This document shows, piece by piece, positions 23,724 to 34,521 of a stretch of 55,397 nt of DNA; position 1 is the first letter of the stretch, and each line of letters begins with the position of its first letter. A program made the translations under genes and the position numbers. The stretch is from Prorocentrum cordatum (taxonomy: Eukaryota). The notes below the pieces were generated by a model. The model had not been told where the DNA came from and made no database searches. It saw only the letters and a program-made list of their open reading frames with translations. The stretch spans positions 62,001 through 117,397 of the forward strand of contig CAUYUJ010000163.1 in the NCBI GenBank assembly GCA_963575745.1, read 5' to 3'.

Positions 23724-24495
23724 TGCGTGAGGGGTGGCGCCGAATTTCAGAAATGTGGCAAATCCATTGTGTTTTTGGACCCTGACCCCGCGGATCTGCG
23801 TGAGGGGTGGCGCCGGATTTTCAGAAATGTGGCAAATCCCTTGTGTTTTTGGACCCTGACCCCGCGGATCTGCGTGAGGGGTGGCGCAGAATTTCAGAAA
23901 TGTGGCAAATCCCATGTGTTTTTGGACCCTGACCCCGCGGATCTGCGTGAGGGGTGGCACCGATTTTGAGAAATGTGGCAAATCCCATGTGTTTTTGGAC
24001 CCTGACCCCGCGGATCTGCGTGAGGGGTGGCACCGAATTTGAGAAATGTGGCACATCCCATGTGTTTTTGGACCCTGACCCCGCGGATCTGCGTGAGGGG
24101 TGGCACCGAATTTCAGAAATGTGGCGAATTCCTTATGTTTTTTGACCCTGACCCCGCGGATCTGCGTGAGGGGCGGCACCGGATTTTGAGAAATGTGGCG
24201 AATCCCATGTGTTTTTGGACCCTGACCCCGCGGATCTGCATGAGGGGTGGCACCGAATTTCCCTGACCCCGCGGATCTGCGTGAGGGGTGGCGCCGGATT
24301 TTCAGAAATGTGGCAAATCCCTTGTGTTTTTGGACCCTGACCCCGCGGATCTGCGTGAGGGGTGGCACCGAATTTCAGAAATGTGGCAAATCCCTTGTGT
24401 TTTGGCGCGGATCTGCGTGAGGGGTGGCGCCAGATTTTGAGAAATGTGGCAAATCCCATGTGTTTTTGGACCCTGACCCCGCGGATCTGCGTGAG
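23724..24495 (+). repeat. 73-bp tandem array, ~10-11 units
   Basis: Unit tgcgtgaggggtggcaccgaatttcagaaatgtggcaaatcccatgtgtttttggaccctgaccccgcggatc; starts at 23724, 23797, 23870... Confidence 0.95.
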
Positions 24496-25078
24496 TGGTG
24501 TTGATTTCGAGCCCCCCCAGCAATTCAGACAACGCGCCCAGGTGAGGCTAAAAGTCTTGTTTGCCCCCCCCCCCCCCCCTCGCGCGGTCAATCAATTAGT
24601 TACAGTAACCAGCAAGAAGTCAACTAGTTACAGTAGCCAGCAATAAGCAGAACTGTAACACTGGAAACTACAAACTACGACTGGCACAGGAAACTGCGAA
24701 TCACGTGCCTCGCAGCCTGGTGGCCCCACAAGGGGGCCGGCGGATATTAAATCATGTAGTCGTCGCCACCGCCTCCGCTCGCCTTCCTGCCCCGTCCGCT
24801 CCCTGTTGCCACTGGCGTTCAGGCCTTCCAGGGTGTTCAGACCCCCAGTAAGGTTCCCCGATGCAGGTTTGATCGCGTGGCTTTCGAATATGCGTTTGTG
24901 CCGCGCGCCATGCCTGGCCGCGTTGGCGACGTCGTTCCGCCCGACGCGGCGCGGCGCAGGGCGGGGCGCTTGCAGGCTCAGCGCTTGGCTGCTGGCGAGG
25001 ACTAGCAGGCGAAGGGCGGGGGGCGGGGAATGGAGTTTTGGAATGCATTGCCCCGTTTGCATCTAGTTTGAAAAGCAA

Positions 25079-25745
25079 TTGCGTTTGCCCCAGGATCGGT
25101 TCAACGTGTGCGTGTGGCCCGTGAACGTTGAAGTGGGGGACAGCGGCGACCCGTTCCTGACCCCTGGCTTTCGCGGCAACCGGTGGGTGGCGAACGATCT
25201 CGCGTTCGGCGACGTCATCGTCCGTCAGTGCATGTGCACGGAAGTTGTGGCCCTTTGCGTTGGATGCGATTATCGCGTGCGCGCCTCGTTAGCCGCGGTG
25301 CCGCGATCGTTGTTCTCCTCCGCGATCAGCCCGATCGGTCTGCCGAAAGCGGTTGGAGATCGACAGCCCTCTCCGCGATCGGCTCGAACGATCTGTCGCG
25401 GATCGTGGCCCGCTCGATAGCGACGCGGGTTTCCGACCTGCGGCGGGCTCCGAGGGGCGCGCCTGCACTGTGGCTTTCACTTCCCCTGATTTCCCTGGGT
25501 GGGGCGACGTGGCGGAGGTTTCTTGGACGACGACTTGGGGCTTCATGGAGCGGGTCGCGATGGCGTCGCTCATGCTGCCCCGCCATCGCGACGTGGTTTT
25601 CGACGTGGGCGGCGGTGAGCTGTCCAACCGACAGCGCGTTGGCCCGCCATTCGGCCCGCGCGCTTCGGCGTTCCGCTACTTCCGAGGCGCAGAGGGTGAG
25701 CGGCAGCATGGCGCTTCTCTTGGGCGATTATTTTCTACGCGGTAA
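25079..25745 (+). pseudogene. Probable frameshifted cargo gene, unknown function
   Basis: Two overlapping ORFs (25079-25420, 25353-25745) with globular, non-low-complexity composition. Confidence 0.35.
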
Positions 25746-26000
25746 GAAAGGGCGCGCGCGCGCGCGCGCTGAGCACCGCGGGATAAGATCGGAGTTCGCG
25801 TTGGCGGTTCGCCCATTTCCTTTGACAGACGGCCGTTGCCCGATCTCCCCCCCCCCCCCCCTAGTAGTCGTAGTCGTAGTCGTGGTCTCAGAAGTCACAG
25901 TCGGGCAACCAGTCTTTTCGCTGCGCCCTGACAATGCAGCTCTACGTTGGCTCAAGACCTGGCAGCGCGACTGCCGCGTGGCCTCCGATATCTTTCGCCC

Positions 26001-28156
26001 GTGGCTCCCAAGGGAGTTGCCGAGGCGCCCGACGTGCCGGCGCAGGGGGCGAAGTACTTGGAGCTGTGGCTCGGGAAGGCCGATCACTCGAGAGGAAGTG
26101 TGGAACCATGCTAAGACTAAGGAGAAGGCCGTCGTCCTCGGCAAGCCCGACGTCCAGGGCGACTTGAGCCGCGACCCCGTCGGGTCCACGTCGTTGTTCG
26201 GCCTGCCATCAAGCAGTGGGTGTACAAGCCGAGGCAATGCACTCGGCGCGTTGTCGACGTGATCACGGGCGCCATTGGCTTGGGCGCCGTGGCGTGGGAT
26301 GCTGTGAAAAAAAAGATCATGGCAGTGGGCAGGCGCAAAGTCTTGCCGCCCCCGCTCGGCTACAATGACACTGAGGACGAGCTGCCTTGCACGCTGAACA
26401 TCTTGATTTGCAAGCATCCCTCAGAACCAGGGCCACGCGTCATTGTGAAGCACTTTTCGTTTCCCGGAAAGGGCCACGCCATGTGCGCGGTCAAGGAGAA
26501 CCTCGTCCAGGGCGACCCTTGCACGATCGATTGCAAGCCAGATGTGTTCAACAGTTTGCGCGCGTTCCAACTTATGATCGAGCGGCTCGGCGGGTTATTG
26601 TTCCGCTATTGGAGGTTCGAACGCCGAGGTTCGCTGAGCGTGCCTCTCGGAGGGCGACGTGGCGCAGAGGAGGGGGGGGGTTTGCCGACGGGATGCAGCG
26701 CGTCAAAGACGAGGCGCCGCGCGCGAATTGGGACGGCGAGCAGTTGTTATGGGTGGAGCAGGAATACGTCGACCCAGACTTCCCGCTCCAGCACGTGAAG
26801 AAGGAGTTCGTTTGCAAGGTTCTCCAGATTCTCAAGGACCGCGACCACTTCGCGGCCAAGGAGACGTACTACCCCTTGTTGAAGGGGGGCATTCGGCCCG
26901 AGTACCAGCCCGTCGTTGACAAGATCATCCGCGCGCTTCTCGGCAGCGCCGCCCTCCTGATTGGCGAGGCCAAATTCGGGGAGACCCCTCTGATGTATAT
27001 TATGGCCATGGCGCTGGCCAGGTACCATGCAGACTGCGCGAACGAGGCGCGCGGCCGCGCGGTTGCCGCCCTAGCAGTGCGCGTGGCTTCCGAGATGGAC
27101 TTCTTCAGGGGAGAGGTCAGAGGGATTTGAGGATTATGACCATTGCACTTCCGCACCTTGGTCGGAAGCGCAACCCTGTTTCGCCAGAGCCCTCTGGAGG
27201 TCGGAGGGGCGCGCCCCCCCTGCGTCTTCGACGACGGGGGCCTGGCTGACCAGAGGCCCCGCGTGCTGAAGGCATTCTTCGACCCAACCCAGGTCGAGTC
27301 GAATGTATGCGTCCGTTGGGGCGCGGCTAAACTCAAAAGGAACCAAGCGAGCTTCGGCAGCGACAACGAGTATGATGCCGCCGCGGAGCCGACGCCGACT
27401 GATGGGGCCTTCGCCGCGACTTCAAGGAACAAGGAGGCCCGCACTACGTCCTACCACGTCGTGATGGTCAAGCCCGCGTTCCCAAATAACCTCTCCCTGA
27501 GCAACATTGGCGCCATGCTCAAACGTTGCAACATCCTGCTCAACACGACGCAGAACGTTTACTTCCGCCCAGCGGGCGCGATCGCCGTCGTGGAGAAGGT
27601 GCCCCTCAAGGGCGGCTACATCACGCCTGAGGCGGGCACGTGCCTCCAGAACTTCTTGCGGAACAACGCGCGGCGCAACCAGGAGGACTTCGACAACCTC
27701 TTGGCTTTCGAGAAGCGCGACATGTTGAAGCTCATGGGGGAGGCCAGAGCGCAGTATAATCAGGGCGGGGCCGAGCCCGCCGAGGAGCCCGCCGCGGAGC
27801 CCGCCGCGGTTTCGCCGCAGCCCGCTGCGTCGCCCAATCCCGATGGGGAAGAGCATGGCTTGGGCTCAATGTTCCAGGAGGAGGGGGAGGGCGCATTTGG
27901 CTTCGGCGGCGGCATGGGCGCCGCGCCAGAGGCGATGCCAGCCCCCCCCCCCCCCCACCAAGCCAGTGAAGGCGGGCCAGGCGTGTGGAAGCGCAAGTTG
28001 AGCGGCGGCGGCGGAGTCATCAATCTGTGTTCTCCGTCACCGAAGAAGGTCCGCGTGGGCGCAAATAAGTCTCGGGGGCAAGAGAAGGCCAAGCTTGACG
28101 GCTTGATCTCGCAGTTCTCGGACGGCGTGGCAAGCGGCGCCGCGTCGAGCTCGTGA
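26001..28156 (+). pseudogene. Large protein with a C-terminal SF3-like P-loop helicase; frameshifted
   Basis: Walker A-like ALLIGEAKFGET (G..T 26963-26986, GAG for AAG), DFFRGE|VG across GT-AG intron 27116-27199, Walker B CVFDD (27221-27235), motif C-like ..SDN and AMLKR. The 5' part (GTG-APKG at 26001) is broken by several frameshifts. Confidence 0.6.
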
Positions 28157-28429
28157 ACTTGCGAGGGGAGGCGTCGGCAGGGGCATGCTATCATGCGCGT
28201 TCGCATTATTAACATTCCATTGTTTGTGAGGTGATTTGCATCTGGCCGCGGAAATGCTGGTTCGCGCAACTTGTTCTCAGTCCAGCGATCGTCTTATCAT
28301 CCCGTTGTCTTGGCTTCCACATATGTCAAGAGGCCCGCCGACCATGTCCGCGGCGATTTCGTCTCGAGAGGTTCGCTGTTCAGCTGCCGAACGCGTCGCG
28401 CGGCCCGCGCGAGCTGCGAGCTGGTGGCG

Positions 28430-29490
28430 ATGGGCAAGGCGTTGCCTGCTGCCAAGAGGGGCAAGGCCCGCGCTGCCGCGCAATCTCAGGTTACCGCCAG
28501 GAGGCCAGCGGCGGCGCCCTCCGTCTTGAAGATGCCAGCGGCTGCCGACCAGCTCGGCGCGCCCAAGAACGTGCCGTGCGTGCGCCGCGGGGCCCCGACC
28601 AAGAATATTTGCCATGCGCAGGCCACGTGGGCGAGGTCCCTCAAGGATTTCGTGCACATGCCCGCGAAGACTATCATCGACAAGCTGACGCACGACAAGA
28701 TCCTCCCTGCTTGGAAGGGCGTCGCGTGCCCCTATTGCGGGAAAGGCACTCTTGGCTCTCTGAAGCACTACGCCGATTCGAATGGAGGGTGGGCCTACCG
28801 CTGCAACAGCAACGAGTGCAAGCGCCGCGTGCCCCCGCACGCTTTCCACCCCCTCTTCAAGTGCGGTGCGGGGCAGTCGCGCGTGAGCTTGGCAGATCAA
28901 GCTTCTGTGCTCTTCTGCTCAATTGCGAAATGCTCGCAGACTTCCGTGCGTTTTCTCTCGCGGAAGAATCATCAGTTCACGGGGGGCATCTGCGAGTCCT
29001 TGCACGCGGTGCGCGCCAAGAGCGTGGTCCAGCACGAGAAGAACATCAAGTTCGGCGCCGGCTTGCCCTGGGCGGACGTAGAAGCCGACGAAGTGGACAT
29101 CGCCAAAGGAGAAGACCCCAACACAGACACTGCGACTGACAACCCTATCATCTGGGAGCAATGGGGCGGCATGGTTCAGCGCGGAGACCAGAAATCCCTA
29201 GTCTTGTTCAAGCTGGACCCAGCGAAGACAGAGGCGGGCGCCAGGCCCAGGCCCGACCCGCAAGCGCGATTGGAAGCCTCTGGCCTACAAATGGGCCCAC
29301 AAGCGCAACATCGTACTGCACGCGGACGGAGCTGCGGAAACACCTAGGGACTAAGAAGACAGTGAACACCAAGATGCTGACTGACAAGATCCGCTCATAC
29401 CAGTGGTTGTACTGGCACAGGGGCGAGGATTTGTGGCTGGCAACAGGGAAGACGCTGGAGGAGGCCTTCCTCAAGGAGCACTGCCAGTGA
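28430..29490 (+). pseudogene. IS1595/Merlin-type DDE transposase, frameshifted and internally deleted
   Basis: Zn-ribbon CPYCG...YRCNSNEC, VEADE (29078-29092), WGGMVQRG, then in another frame RAPGPGPTRKRDWKP...NIVLHADGA (D 29325-29327), then a third frame to stop 29490; the third catalytic region appears missing. Confidence 0.78.
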
Positions 29491-29529
29491 GCGGCGAGCG
29501 CTGTAGTCCCCGAAGAGTGCAGCACAACG

Positions 29530-30150
29530 CCTGCCACGCAGCGTTTCCTTGCTCCGAGGCCCATGCGCGGCGTTTCGTTGATTCCCAGATGAGATAACTT
29601 TACAAACCTGTCATACACAGCGCTTTCTTCGTCCGAGGCCACGAAACGCTGTGTATGACGTTTTTTTTGGGGGGGCCTGGTCTTGGTATCGACGAAACGC
29701 TGTGTATGGCAGGTGCTTCTAGTTTTTCTGGTTTTCAGGTGCCGACAAAGCGGGGGGGGGGGGGTGCGGTGGGGTGACGCCGCGGCGAGCATTCCAGCTC
29801 TAGAAACCAGAAAAAAACAAAAACACCTTGTCATGCAGTGTTTCGTTGATTCCCAGACCAGAAAAACCAAACACAACTTGTCATGCACAGTGTTTTCTTG
29901 CTCGGAGACCACGAACCGCTGTGTAAGTAAGTTTTTTTTTTTTTTTTTTTTTTTTTTTTGTGGGGGGGGTTCTGGGTTTTCATGCGCCGACAAACAAGGG
30001 GGGGGGGGGGGGGGTGCGGTGGGGTGAGGCCGCGGCGAGCATTCCAGCTCCAGAAACCTGAAAAAACCAGAAAAACCTGTAATACACAGTGTTTCGTTGA
30101 TTCCCAGACCAGAAAAACCAGAAAACATGTAATACACAGCGTTTCGTGGC
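29530..30150 (+). repeat. Degenerate ~250-bp subterminal repeats of the large element
   Basis: gtttcgttgattcccaga recurs at ~29572, 29840, 30091; ggtgcggtggggtga.gccgcggcgagcattccagctc at ~29763 and ~30013. Confidence 0.8.
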
Positions 30151-30346
30151 CTCGGCCGAAACCGATATGCTTGCGCGCACGGTGCCCGTGACGGATGGGC
30201 CGAGCGGATGAGTTCGTCAGCCTGGATGGCAGGCCAAAGGTGAGTTGTGAAAAAAACGAAGGGCTTCAACGAAGCGATTCTGTGGATTCGTGCTTTGGGC
30301 GCTCTGGGGGGTCGCTGGGGGGGGGGGGGGGGGGGACCGACCATGC

Positions 30347-30391
<45 letters not shown>

Positions 30392-31502
30392 AAGACGATG
30401 GGGAATCCGCGGATTTGTGTGCATTCATGTGTGTGTGTCTCTGGGCACCTTCACTGGAGTCTTCCGCCCCTCTGTTCCCTCCGTCCTTCCTGTACTTTGG
30501 CCCCTCCTTCCTGCGCCTTTTCGCCTTTTACCCGCCTGGTTCTTTCAGGGTTCTTTTCTCCTCGCTTGCGCATCCTCCCTGCTTGCCTTCTCGATCTCCT
30601 CGAGCAGTCCATGCTCTTGTCGCTCTCTTCCCTTTTCCCCCCCGCCTGCGCTGCTTTCCTTGCTTGTTGTCTCAGGGCTCTTCTCTCCTTGCCTGTGTGT
30701 CATCCCTGCTTGCCTCCTCGATCTCCTCGGGCAGTCCCTCTTGCAGTCGCTCTCCTTCCTTTCCCCCCCCTGCCTGCCTCTTCCCCTTCTGCTCGGCCTG
30801 CTCGCCCTCCCTTGCCTCGCATATCCGCTCTGCTCCTTCCTCCCGGCCGCTTCTCCCTCCCGCCGTGGCCCTCCCGTCCCCTCAACGTTGCTCCAGGAGG
30901 AGGAGGATGATGATGATGAGGAGGAGGAGGACGAGGAGGAGGACGAGGAGGAGGAGGAAAAGGACTTGAAGTGATATGGCTTCGGGGCGCCTTAACCCCA
31001 TGGGCGGAGCCAGTAACCTGGTAGTACCACCCTTGTACACTTCAAGGTCAGGACCTCTCTGGGGCAAAGCGAACATCTGTCTGGAGGGCGTCCCACAAGA
31101 CAACGCCGGCTTTGTTCAACAAAGCTTGCCCTCCCTCGAGTGCGACAGCCCAGCATGAACGCAGCGCCCGATGGGATGGTGCAGTCAGGGCGGATAGAAC
31201 CTGAAGGCCCCTATTGGTTCAAGCTGGATTGTCGGAAAGACCGAGGAGGGTCCGGGTCCTCAGAATGAACCGAAACTCAAGTAATTTCCCCCCCCCTCCT
31301 CTGAGCATGGGCTAACCTGCTCATGCTTCGCAAAGCCTTTTTGGGTTCCTCTTAGGACCCGCTCGGGTCCTCGTTGGCCCTTCTTCAGGGCTCCATGGGT
31401 GGTGACTGCCGCGCCCGCAACGACAATCTGGCCTTCCCACGGCCGCCTAATCGGGTTCAAGTTTTCACATGCCAAGGAAGGACCCCCCCATTTCTGGGTG
31501 GG

Positions 31503-33040
31503 GGATGCCCCTACCTGTCCATCGACAGGGATGGGCATCTTAGCTTTAGGCAATTTGGCACCGTCAGTGCCGTAGGTGATGAAAGGGGGGAGCCCAACCT
31601 AGCGCCCGCGGGCAAGGTCCGCGCCTACTCAATCGGGCTCCACACCATCTGCGACCAGGGCCCATGACCCCGCCGCTATGCCTGTCCCTCCCCCAGTCTG
31701 CTGCGTTCGGCGGCCATGGGCTGCGCCCTCGCCTGTGACCACGCCAAGTCCTGAGTGGCTCTTGAGAGGGTGCTAGGGAGGAGGGAGGGGTTGGAAGGCT
31801 CCTCAGCTTCTGGGGATGGGGTCGAGAGCCATGACAGACAGTGCGCAGGCACCGTCTTGCGACCCACGCCCAGCCGAGCACCGCTGGGATTTGCACAGTT
31901 CTCGTACGCCAAGCAAGCTCCCATTTTGGGGAAGGGATGCCCATGCCTGTCCATCGATAGGGATGGGCATCCTAGCTCGAGACACGATGCGTGGATTCCA
32001 ACACCTGTCCATCGACAGGGGTGGGCATCCAGACAGGAACGGCGCCTATTTGACACCCTCGGTGCCGGAGGCTGCCGCGCTCGCTATGGCAACATGGCCT
32101 TTTTGCGGCCATTACGAGAGCCGTGGCTTTCATGTGCCTAGCAGCACCCTCGTAGCGAGAGTGGGATGCCCATGCCTGTCCATCGACAGGGATGGGCATC
32201 CTAATTCGAGGCTCGATGGGCGGATGCCCATGTCTGCTCATTGACAGGGATGGGAACCCAACCCAATACGACGCCGATTGGCCACCTTCTATGTGTAAGG
32301 CTGCCTTACCCGCAACCGCGAAAGGCCGTCCCACGGCCATGGTAGCGGGTCACAGTTCTCGTATGCCAAGCAAACCCCCATTGCGAGGGTAGGGTGCCCA
32401 TGCCTGTCCACCGACAGGGATGGGCATCCTAGCGTTAGGCCCGAGTTTAAATTCGGTCCATCGACAGGGGGGGCGTCCAGATCAAAACGGCGCCTTCCTG
32501 ACATCGCCAATGGCGAAGGCTGGCGCACCCGCAACAGCTGTTTGGCCGCTGGACGGCCCTGGGAGCGGGCCATAGCGTGCGTAGACCAAGTAACCCTCAG
32601 GTACGATGGAGGTGATGCCCATGCCTGTCCATCGACAAGGTTGGGTATCCCAGAATACGCCACGAACAACGGGCGCCCGCTCCTGCTCATCGACAGGGGT
32701 GGGCACCCAAGTCGGCACGGCGCCTACGTGAGACCGACGAAGTCGAGGGCTGCCGTGCTCGCAGTGGCAGAGGGGCCGTCGAACGGCCACTGAAGCGGGT
32801 CACAAACAACCAGTGGCGCGCTAGCCGGAGCTAACTTGACGCCACCCGCTTGCCCGACCAGTTAACTTGTGGATGTGTCCAGAGGTCGGAACGCTGCCTC
32901 CTCAGAAATCGCGCCTTGTTGGCGCGTGGTGCCGCGCCTGCAGAGGCAGCGTGACCGACTCGGGGCCACCTAAGCAGGCCAATGATTAGCTTGTAAATGG
33001 ATGCCGCCGCCTGTGCATCGACAGGCACGTGCATCCCAGC
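31503..33040. repeat. Array of ~10 38-bp palindromes
   Basis: GGATGCCCATGCCTGTC-CATC-GACAGGGATGGGCATCC-type copies at 31503, 31935, 32164, 32392, 32613, with degenerate partners at ~31993, 32222, ~32445, 32671 and 32999. Confidence 0.85.
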
Positions 33041-33645
33041 TCGCACCTCGCGGAGGGTCTCAAGAAGACCCAGCGGCGGTGCAGTGGGGGGGCCTGCACG
33101 CAGGCTCCCATGCCATTGTCGTCCCTCTGTTCACTCCACGGGCGGCTCGCTTGGGGTGCTCATCGGAAGTGGATGTCCCACAACCTTAGTGGCGCCCCGT
33201 GCGTCCCCTGGCGATGCGCCCCCCGAGAAGTACATTTGGCACGGGGAGGAGGAGGAGGAGGAGGAGGAGGAGGAGGAGGAGGAGGAAGAAGAGGAAGAGG
33301 AGGAAGAGGAGAAGGAGAAGGAGAAGGAGGAGGAGGGTAAGGAGGAGGAGGAGGAGAAGGAGAAAGAAGAGGAGGAGGAGGAGGGGGGGAGGAGGAGGCT
33401 GGGGAGGGGGAGGAGGCTGGGGAGGGGGAGGGGGAGGAGGGGGGGCGGGAGCGGGGGGGGGGAGGAGGGTAAGGAGGGGGAGGAGGGGGATGGGGAAAGG
33501 GAGGGGGAGGGGGAGGAGGAGGGAGAGGGGGGGAGGAGGAGGAGGGGGAGGAGGAGGAGGAGGGAGAGGGGGCGGAGGAGGAGGGGGGGAGGAGGGAGAG
33601 GGGGAGGTGGAGGAGGAGGAGGAGGAAGAGGGAGGTGGGGTGGGG

Positions 33646-33753
<108 letters not shown>

Positions 33754-33754
33754 C

Positions 33755-33787
<33 letters not shown>

Positions 33788-34319
33788 GGAGGAGGAGGAG
33801 GAGGAGGAGGAGGAGGAGGAGGAGGAGGAGGAGGAGCAGGAGTTGCCCTGTCCCGCCCCTTCGTGCCGTTCCTGTCGCGCGGCCCACCTGTCGACAGTTG
33901 CTCCCCCCCCTGCGAGCGGCCGAGGACTTCCACGGGGCGGTGCAGCACCCGACGCGCGTGACCCGCTTCGTGAACGTCCCCGCGCCCCGCCCCCAGACGG
34001 CGGCGCCCGGCGAGGGGTCTGCAGGGTGTGCCGGTGCCCCGATGGGTCGGGTCTGCGTTGCGTTCACGCCCCAATTCGAAGAAGAAGCGACTGAACTTAT
34101 TTCAAACAGTGCAGAAGATGACTGGCGGCCAGGGCGGTAGGTAGGGGCATGCGGTGGCACGTCATTGTTGTCATTGTATTCCATCGCATTTTTGCTCCGT
34201 TTGCTCGTGTGGTTGAGCAGGCCCTAGGGCAGAGTCCCGATACGCAACCATGGGGGCGAGCAGCACAAAATACAGAGCATACATTGAGTCTTGATTCTCA
34301 TTCGCTTTTTTTGTTTTCC

Positions 34320-34521
34320 GAAGAAGAAAACACGGCATAAACATGAATTTTCGACGCCCCGCGCGGATTTCTTGCATCTGTGCTGGGCCCCCCCCCCGGC
34401 GGCGACTCCGGCGCCGCCCCTGGCGCGCGCTCCACGCGCCGGGGAGGGGTGTCCAGCGCAGATCCAAGAAGTCCGTGCGGAGCGGAAACGAAGTATGTAT
34501 GATGCATGTCTTGTTTCTTCT
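34320..34521. mobile_element. ~200-bp MITE-like foldback; related copy ~54028-54211, partial ~21240-21560
   Basis: ccgcgcggatttcttgcatctg...cagatccaagaagtccgtgcgg inverted arms, shared between copies. Confidence 0.65.

Larger units (their letters stand above)
21734..30346 (+). mobile_element. Large (~8.6 kb) TIR-bounded DNA element with IS1595/Merlin-type transposase and cargo genes, flanked by (TA)n
   Basis: Left tcggtccccccccagcgaccccccagcgcc (21736-21765) is inverted at 30297-30340; TA tracts at 21666-21733 and 30347-30389; the outer flanks are the two halves of one ~150-bp dispersed repeat. Confidence 0.75.

Noticed and set aside
23724..24495. CRISPR-like array
   Set aside because: Units are head-to-tail and near-identical, with no unique spacers and no cas genes.
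31503..33040. CRISPR or integron attC array
   Set aside because: Spacers alternate short/long and are related between units; no cas gene, integrase or cassette ORFs nearby.
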